From a bacterium (GTDB taxonomy: Bacteria; RBG-13-61-14; DATKZS01), in assembly GCA_046484135.1 (NCBI GenBank), contig JAWOBU010000051.1:1-22435 (forward strand): 22,435 bases of DNA, written 5' to 3'. The notes under the pieces were generated by a model that did not search any database, had not been told where the DNA came from, and saw only the letters and a program-made list of their open reading frames with translations. Positions 10,199 through 16,782 of this stretch are shown here, piece by piece; position 1 is the first letter of the stretch; each line of letters begins with the position of its first letter. Position numbers and translations under genes: made by a program.

Positions 10199-11101
10199 TT
10201 GCTCCTTGATCGAAAAATATGGGCAGTGGCCAGCGGCAAAGGCGGCACCGGCAAAACGGTGATCGCGGCCTCCATGGCCGTACACCTGGCGGACCTGGGC
10301 TTCCGGGCGGTGCTGGTGGACGTGGACTTAGGCTGCGCCAACCTGCACACCTGCTTCGGCATGGAAAGGCCGTCCGTCAGCATCACCGATTTTATTGACC
10401 GGCGCACCGAGCATATCGAGGAGGTGGCGCTGGAGACGGGGGTCCCCAATCTGCGTCTTATCAGCGGGGCCCTGGACCCGGTGGACGCCGCCATGATCCG
10501 GTACCAGCAGAAGCGGCGGATCATAAGACAGCTCAACACCATGGAAGCGGACCTGGTGATCCTGGACATAGCCACCGGCGCCAACCTGACCCAGGTGGAG
10601 CTGTTTCTGGCCGCGGACCTGGGCGCCTTGATTACCACGCCCGAGCCCATGTCGGTGGAGAACTTCTACCGGCTTTTGCACATGGTGTACTTTCATCGGG
10701 TGAGGGAGATTCCCGGCTGGAAGAAGTTCGAAAAGACCCTGCCGGAGAACCTGCTGGACGGCTCCACCTGCCCGGCCAAGTTTATTACGGACCTGGAAGA
10801 GACCGCAGTGGAATGGAAGGAGAAGGTGGAAAAAAGGATGGAGAACTTTGCTCCCGGTATCATCATAAACCAGGTCCGGGACAGCGAGGACCGGGAGCTG
10901 GGCCCGGACATGAAGCTGGCGTGCAAAAGGTTTTTCCACCTGGAGATGCCTTACCTCGGCAGCGTGGAGCATGACGAGTGCGTGTGGCAGGCGACCAAGC
11001 ACAGAAAACCGGTGCTGCTGGACTACCCTCATTCAAGACCCAGCCGGTCCATCCGGCAGATAACCGAGGCCATGCTCTCCATATCAAGGAGAAGACAATG
11101 A
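10199..11101 (+). CDS. MinD/FlhG(FleN)-like ParA-family ATPase
   Basis: Deviant Walker A SGKGGTGKT, VDVDLGCANLH, ILDIATG and TTPEPMS. The TTG start directly follows the upstream TAG, with SD GGAGG. Confidence 0.9.
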   Translation: MLLDRKIWAVASGKGGTGKTVIAASMAVHLADLGFRAVLVDVDLGCANLHTCFGMERPSVSITDFIDRRTEHIEEVALETGVPNLRLISGALDPVDAAMIRYQQKRRIIRQLNTMEADLVILDIATGANLTQVELFLAADLGALITTPEPMSVENFYRLLHMVYFHRVREIPGWKKFEKTLPENLLDGSTCPAKFITDLEETAVEWKEKVEKRMENFAPGIIINQVRDSEDRELGPDMKLACKRFFHLEMPYLGSVEHDECVWQATKHRKPVLLDYPHSRPSRSIRQITEAMLSISRRRQ

Positions 11102-12366
11102 TACCCGGATTTAACAACCTTACCTACTTCGAGGTGCTGGACTTGTCACCCGAGTCCGGACATAAAGAGGTCCAGCAAGCCTATTACCGCGTCCGGGCGG
11201 CTTTCAGCAAGAACGCCCTGGCCACTTACTCTCTGTATACCGCGAGCGAAAGGGAGAAAATACTGCGGCTGGTGGAAGAAGCGTATCACACCCTTATAGA
11301 CGAAAAGGCCCGGGAGGAGTATGAACAGAGACTGAAGAAAGAGAAAAGGCTCCAGCGTTCCAGGCAAGCCACCCAGGAGTTCCTGCCCCTGACGCCCTCG
11401 AAGCCCGAACCTCGGGAGGCTGACAGTTTGTCCTATCCGGCCGAAGGCACCGTGGAGGAAGAGATGCCCGCGGAGGAAGCCGGAGACGCAGAGACCGTGT
11501 TGGAAGGACACCCCCCCGAGCAGGCGGAACAGCCCCCCTCCGGCATCTCTTACGCGGACGAGGCCGTCCCTGAAAAAGAAGCCCAAGAGGAAGAAGAGGA
11601 GAAACCCGGTGCGGAAGCCGAGCTGGAGCATCCGGAGCCGGAACCCGCGGAACCGGCCATGCCGGAGGGGGAAGAGAAGACCGTGTTAAAGGAGGAGCGG
11701 CAGGATATCTCCGCTCCTGCTTCCGGGCCGGAAAAAGAGGGTGCGGCTCCCCCTGCTCCTGCTGAGGAGGCGGAAGAAACCGGGAGAGATTCCGGCGGGC
11801 TTGTCGGGGAACAACAGCCCGGCAGGCATCTCACTATCCGGGAAGCCCGGGCAGCCAGGTCGCGCGGCGAAAACATCATCATGGAAGGGTCCATCAAGTC
11901 GCGGGTATCGGACGTGCCGGAGCAGACTTTTACCAACCCCTACCCCTCCGCGCAGGAGGAGCATGAAGAAGGTCCCCTGCCGGCATCAACCGAGGTAAAA
12001 GAGGGGGTGGACAAAGAGGGGACGCCAGTTGAAGCAGGCGCTTTTGAAGACACCGTTTATAATCTTCCTCAACCCAAAAAGGCCTCCACCCCACTCGACC
12101 ACCTGGACACGGCCTACTCGGGAGCGTACCTGAGACAAGTCAGGGAGTCGCAAGGATTCGACATGTACAAGACCTGGGAGGTGACCAAGATAAGAAAACC
12201 AATCCTGGAAGCCATCGAGGAGGAAAACTATCAAAAGCTTCCCGCCGATGTTTTCCTTAAGGGCATGCTGTTGATCTATGCAAGGTTTCTGGGAATTGCA
12301 GACCCCGAAGCGGTGGTGAAAGGATACATGGAAAGGCTGGTCGCCGCCCGCGACTGGATGGATTAA
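11098..12366 (+). CDS. J-domain-like (no HPD) / acidic Pro-Glu-rich linker / RodZ-type helix-turn-helix (HTH_25-like) protein
   Basis: ATGA overlap with the ATPase stop and SD AAGGAG. N-terminal YFEVLDL...EVQQAY...EEAYHTLIDEKAREEYE follows the DnaJ pattern. C-terminal GAYLRQVRESQG...TKIRKPILEAIEEENYQKLP...FLKGMLLIYARFLGI follows the RodZ HTH pattern. Confidence 0.8.
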   Translation: MIPGFNNLTYFEVLDLSPESGHKEVQQAYYRVRAAFSKNALATYSLYTASEREKILRLVEEAYHTLIDEKAREEYEQRLKKEKRLQRSRQATQEFLPLTPSKPEPREADSLSYPAEGTVEEEMPAEEAGDAETVLEGHPPEQAEQPPSGISYADEAVPEKEAQEEEEEKPGAEAELEHPEPEPAEPAMPEGEEKTVLKEERQDISAPASGPEKEGAAPPAPAEEAEETGRDSGGLVGEQQPGRHLTIREARAARSRGENIIMEGSIKSRVSDVPEQTFTNPYPSAQEEHEEGPLPASTEVKEGVDKEGTPVEAGAFEDTVYNLPQPKKASTPLDHLDTAYSGAYLRQVRESQGFDMYKTWEVTKIRKPILEAIEEENYQKLPADVFLKGMLLIYARFLGIADPEAVVKGYMERLVAARDWMD

Positions 12367-12390
12367 ACCGGTTCCAAAAGCGTCGTGCAA

Positions 12391-15240
12391 TTACTTCTTT
12401 TTCCTCGACTCGTCCACCCTGCCCTTCAGCTTGCGGAGCTCCTTCATAAACGCTTCTTTAGTTATCTCCCCCGTCTCCTTTTTCATCATCAGAGCAAGAA
12501 GCTCGTCAAAGTTGTTCTCCCGCTCCAGCAGAGTGCTCTCCAGGCTGCTTACCTTCTCCAGCCTTTGCTTGACCTCGCGGGTGTCCAGAAAATCCTCTCC
12601 CAGCGCGTCCAGCTTGCTGATCTCGTCCAGCGACTCCTCGATGCCATCCGACTCGTCCGGCACCACCTTGACCGAACGCAGCTCTCCAGCCGCGGAAACC
12701 TGCTCCTGCTGTGGGGGCTGGGCCTCCTCTTTTTCCGGCTCCTCCGAAGGAGAAGAAAAATCAAGGTCCGGAGGAGAAGGCTCTGGCGAGGGAGGTTCAT
12801 GGGTCCATAAGCTTTCCAGGTCATCTCCCGGCTCCTGCTCTTGCCCCGGCGGCTCCGCGGGCCCGGCCGCGGATTGTTCGGCAGGGGACGCCGATTGCGG
12901 CCTCTCTGTTCCGGCACTCGGGGGAGACGAAGAAGCCCAGATACTGTCCAGCTCGGGAGGACCCGGCAGGTCTCCGAAATCAAAGCCCTGGTCGGGACCT
13001 TCTTCCGTGCCTTTGTCCTCCTCGTCAGGCTCGGTAAACAGCGGAGGCAAAGACACGTCGTTTAAGTCTTCCGAGTCCTGCGGTATTTTCTCTTGAGCGG
13101 CGGCGGGTTGAGAGGGTTCAAACAGCTCTTCCTTTTCCTCCGGCGGAGGAGGCTCTTGCGCTTTTTCCTCCGCCTCCGGCGGCGGTCCTTCAAAAGGAAG
13201 GGAAACGATCTTTTCCGAAGCCCCTTTGGCGGGCTCTTCCAGGTCTATTTCCGGCAGGGGCATGTCATCACCGGAAAAAGTCGCCGACTGGGCGGAGTCC
13301 TCCTGTAACTCCCCTCCGGCACCGGCCGGAGCCGAAGCAGGCTCCGCGGAAAGGTCGTCCAGATCGGGAAGCGGGGGGATATCCCCAGAGGGTCCTTCCG
13401 CTTTCCCGGAAGCTTCTTCCGCCGGTCCGATGTCGCCGCTCGAGTCCAGGCTTTCGAACGACACCTCCGGACTCGCTCCCTCCGTGCCGGCTGCGGGTTG
13501 GGAATCCTGGAAAGGTCCGGAATCGAAATCCGGCACCCCCTGCCCGGAGCCCCCCTCTGCGGCGGCCGGGGCACTCGAAGCCGGACCTTTTTCCTCCGCG
13601 GGCGAGGAGAGGAATGCGTCGTCCAGGGAAGGAACAGAGTCCTCCGCTCTTGCCTCCGGGGTTTCCTGTTCAGTACTCCCGGCAAGGTCCGGAGGTCCTT
13701 GTTCCGGTTCCGGCTTTTCTTCCGACGTTTGCCTCTGATCAGGCGTCTCGGTCATGAACATGAACTCGTGGGCGTCGGCAAGCTCTACTTGCTGTTCTTC
13801 CTCCTCTGCTGCGGGAACCTCGGAATCGGAGTGTGCCTCCAGGTTCGGAGAGGGAGGTATGAACTCGAACCCCTCCACGGATTCCTGCTGCCGCTCATTT
13901 TGAGCATCTTCTTCAGAAGCGGAAATTTCCCCTGTGCCTCTCGATTCCTGATAGGGCATGAACTCGTGAGCGTCAGCAAGCTCTAAGTCCTCGTCGGACT
14001 CGGGAATTTCGAGCGGCGACGGAGGACCGGCGGTCTTGCTCGCAGGTTTTTGCTCCTCCTCTTCCTTTCCCGGTAAAGTAGGCTCGTCAAGGTCGGGCAA
14101 TTCTTGTCCCTGCCCTGCCGGCGCAGGCTCTTCCCGCTCCGGCAAAGGAGACGCTTCTACCGCGGGCGGACTGTCCAGGTCGGGAAGCTCCTGCGGCCCG
14201 TCCTGCTGCTCCTCCTGCTCCGGCAGGGGCGGAGGACCGGCGTCCGGGCTTTCTTTTTCCTCCTGTCCGCTGGCCCCGGCCTCTTCTTCTATGGAAGGGG
14301 CTTCAATCACCGGGGCCTCCACCGGTTCCGGTTCTTCGGCGACCTCGGAAAGCTCCTCGATCACCGGCTCTTCAGTCGGCTCGGAAGACTCGTCCTCGGG
14401 TTCCTCCTTCATTAGAAAAGGAGACTCCTCGCCGGGCACACTTTGGGAACCACCGCTTTTTTGCGCGTCTTGCTTCGATTCGCGGCCCAGAATGACCTCC
14501 CCGGAAGAGGAAGAATCAGGCTGTCGGGCGGGCTGCTGCTTCTTTTCCGGAGGGGCCTTTCCGGCTTTTTGCTTGTCCGCTTTCAGCATAATCACGTCGC
14601 CTTCCACCACCTTGAGATCATCGTTGGAATCGAAATCAAACAGCTCCTCGTCGAGCTGGCGGGAGGCCTGGGAGATTTTATCCTCGGCAGTGTGCTTTTT
14701 GGGCTTCTCCGGTTTGGCTTTCTCCTCTTTTTCTTTTTTCAGCTTGGCAGGGGTAGCATACTCCTGGTAGTACTGCTTGAGTGCCTTTTCCGGGTCGTAG
14801 TCGCCGTAATTCTTGAGCACGATATCAATGGCCGAGTCGGTAGCGAGCACGGGTTCTATCTTGGCCCCGGTAATAAAGGATATCTCGTCAATGGCGGAGA
14901 GATTGGCCGGGTCGCTCATGGCCAGCACCATGACCTTCTTGGTCCCTTCTCCCCGCACCATGACCGGCACCACGTTATATTTTTTGGCGGTGTCCTTGGG
15001 CAGGGCCTCGAAAGCCTTGTTCGATATGCGGGAGCGGAGCAGGTTCACCGCTTTTATGTGAAAGTGCTCCCCCAGGAACTTGATCATGGTGTCCTCGTCC
15101 AGGAACCCCATTTCCACCAGTATCTTTCCCAGCTTTCCTCCCCACCGGTTCTGGTAGCCCAGGGCGGACTTGAGCTGCATCTCGTCAATCACGCCGGCAT
15201 CAACCAGTATCTGTCCGATCTTTTTTTTGGGTTTTTCCAT
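12391..15240 (-). CDS. stand-alone MshEN (GspE/PilB N-terminal) domain protein with long acidic low-complexity region and short C-terminal helical domain
   Basis: N-terminal KIGQILVDAGVIDEMQLKSALGYQ...KLGKILVEMGFLDED and AKKYNVVPV...LAMSDPANLSAIDEISFITG. No Walker A motif. About 700 aa rich in E/P/S/D. SD GGGAG. Confidence 0.8.
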   Translation of the reverse strand: MEKPKKKIGQILVDAGVIDEMQLKSALGYQNRWGGKLGKILVEMGFLDEDTMIKFLGEHFHIKAVNLLRSRISNKAFEALPKDTAKKYNVVPVMVRGEGTKKVMVLAMSDPANLSAIDEISFITGAKIEPVLATDSAIDIVLKNYGDYDPEKALKQYYQEYATPAKLKKEKEEKAKPEKPKKHTAEDKISQASRQLDEELFDFDSNDDLKVVEGDVIMLKADKQKAGKAPPEKKQQPARQPDSSSSGEVILGRESKQDAQKSGGSQSVPGEESPFLMKEEPEDESSEPTEEPVIEELSEVAEEPEPVEAPVIEAPSIEEEAGASGQEEKESPDAGPPPLPEQEEQQDGPQELPDLDSPPAVEASPLPEREEPAPAGQGQELPDLDEPTLPGKEEEEQKPASKTAGPPSPLEIPESDEDLELADAHEFMPYQESRGTGEISASEEDAQNERQQESVEGFEFIPPSPNLEAHSDSEVPAAEEEEQQVELADAHEFMFMTETPDQRQTSEEKPEPEQGPPDLAGSTEQETPEARAEDSVPSLDDAFLSSPAEEKGPASSAPAAAEGGSGQGVPDFDSGPFQDSQPAAGTEGASPEVSFESLDSSGDIGPAEEASGKAEGPSGDIPPLPDLDDLSAEPASAPAGAGGELQEDSAQSATFSGDDMPLPEIDLEEPAKGASEKIVSLPFEGPPPEAEEKAQEPPPPEEKEELFEPSQPAAAQEKIPQDSEDLNDVSLPPLFTEPDEEDKGTEEGPDQGFDFGDLPGPPELDSIWASSSPPSAGTERPQSASPAEQSAAGPAEPPGQEQEPGDDLESLWTHEPPSPEPSPPDLDFSSPSEEPEKEEAQPPQQEQVSAAGELRSVKVVPDESDGIEESLDEISKLDALGEDFLDTREVKQRLEKVSSLESTLLERENNFDELLALMMKKETGEITKEAFMKELRKLKGRVDESRKKK
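13759..13983 (-). repeat. intragenic direct repeat encoding ELADAHEFM twice
   Basis: Copies at 13759-13785 and 13957-13983 are 25/27 nt identical, and both differences are synonymous (GCC/GCT). Confidence 0.85.
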
Positions 15241-15263
15241 TAACAGCTCTCCCGGTAAAGTGT

Positions 15264-16778
15264 TTATGCTATATCAATCTCGAACTGTTCCTGGTGAAAG
15301 GAGTTATTTACAGTAATCTCCATGTCAATCTCCAGGTCCTTTTCCAGGTCTTCCACGCCTTCGCGCTCCTCCTCGAAAAGAAGGTCGGCCACTTCCGGGT
15401 TCACGAAAAGCCGGACCCGCTTGCCGGAGAGGGTCTTTCCCATCCTTTTTATCTCGCGGAAAATCTCGTAGCAGATAGTGGACCCGGACTTGAGATACCC
15501 CTTGCCCTCACAGTAGTGGCAGGGCTCGCACAGCGCCTGGTGCAGGTTCTCGCCCGAGCGCTTCCTGGTCATCTCCACCAGGCCGAGCTCCGACATCTTC
15601 AATATGGTGGACTTGGTCTTGTCCTTTTTGAGCTCGTCATCAAGAGCCTGGTAGACCCGGTCCCGGTTCTGGGTGTTGGCCATATCTATAAAGTCTATGA
15701 TAATGAGACCGCCGATGTTGCGGAGGCGGAGCTGGTACACTATCTCCTTGACCGCCTCCATGTTGGTCTTCAAGATGGTGTCCTCGAAGTTGCGGCGGCC
15801 CACGTACCTGCCGGTGTTGACGTCAATCGCCGTAAGGGCCTCGGTCTGGTCTATCACGATGTATCCGCCACTCTTGAGCCAGACCCTTCTCTCCAGAGCC
15901 CGGTTTATCTCCAGCTCGATCCCGGAGACCTCGAACAGGGGAAAGTCTCCCTGGTAAAGCTCGACGTTCTCGGCCTTCTCTCCCATGAACCTCTCCATGA
16001 AAGAGCTTATCTCCCGGTGCTGGTCGGGAGAGTCCACCACCACCTTGCGCACGTTTTCGGTATAAAGGTCCCGGATAACCTTCAGATCAAGGGACAATTC
16101 CCGGTGGAGTATGTTGGGAGAGCTCGCCCGCATGGACCGCTGTTTTATGTCCTCCCACAGCTTGAGAAGGTAGTCCATGTCAGCCTGGAGCTCTTTCTCC
16201 GAGCTGTCCTCGCTCACCGTCCGCACTATAAAACCGCCGGCATCCTCAGGCCGCAGTCCCTCCACGATCCGCCGGAGCTCCGTCCGCCTTTTCTCGTCCT
16301 CAATCCTCCGGCTGACCCCGATGTGGTTGAACGTAGGCATGTAAACCAGGAACCTGCCGGGCAGGGTAATATGGGTGGTTATCTGGGCCCCCTTGGTCCC
16401 GAGCGGTTCCTTGGTAACCTGGACCACCAGGTCCTGGCCCTCCCGGAGAAGGTCCTCTATCCCCGGGCTCTGGTAAGGACGGCGCCCGGACCGGCCGCTG
16501 TTGTTTTTCTCCGCCACCTGCACGTCTTCCTCACGAAGGGCGGAACGGGAATGCTCGAGCACCTCGGCCACGTAAAGGAACGCCGCCCGCTCCAGGCCTA
16601 CGTCCACGAAAGCGGCCTGCATTCCCGGCAGGACCCTTACCACCCGGCCCTTGTAGATGTTGCCGCTCAAGCCGCGCTCCCGGTGCCTCTCCATGTAGAT
16701 TTCGGCCAGGACACCGTTCTCAACCACCGCCACCCGCGTCTCCTGCCGCGTTACGTTTATGAGGATTTCGCTCGGCAT
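15264..16778 (-). CDS. rng: ribonuclease G (Rne/Rng family)
   Basis: GNIYKGRVVRVLPGMQAAFVD (S1 domain), catalytic IDVNTG and IDFIDM, Zn-link CHYC, and no long C-terminal scaffold. Start placed at ATG 16778 (MPSEILINV), just after the upstream stop. Confidence 0.92.
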   Translation of the reverse strand: MPSEILINVTRQETRVAVVENGVLAEIYMERHRERGLSGNIYKGRVVRVLPGMQAAFVDVGLERAAFLYVAEVLEHSRSALREEDVQVAEKNNSGRSGRRPYQSPGIEDLLREGQDLVVQVTKEPLGTKGAQITTHITLPGRFLVYMPTFNHIGVSRRIEDEKRRTELRRIVEGLRPEDAGGFIVRTVSEDSSEKELQADMDYLLKLWEDIKQRSMRASSPNILHRELSLDLKVIRDLYTENVRKVVVDSPDQHREISSFMERFMGEKAENVELYQGDFPLFEVSGIELEINRALERRVWLKSGGYIVIDQTEALTAIDVNTGRYVGRRNFEDTILKTNMEAVKEIVYQLRLRNIGGLIIIDFIDMANTQNRDRVYQALDDELKKDKTKSTILKMSELGLVEMTRKRSGENLHQALCEPCHYCEGKGYLKSGSTICYEIFREIKRMGKTLSGKRVRLFVNPEVADLLFEEEREGVEDLEKDLEIDMEITVNNSFHQEQFEIDIA

Positions 16779-16782
16779 GACC

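Noticed and set aside
10978..11097. Upstream start for the J-HTH gene, or a possible frameshift fusion with the ATPase
   Set aside because: ATG 11098 has an SD (AAGGAG) and a classic ATGA overlap; no slippery sequence was seen, so two coupled genes is the simpler reading.
12367..12390. Bidirectional terminator between the convergent genes
   Set aside because: Only 24 nt, with no convincing GC stem plus T-tract.
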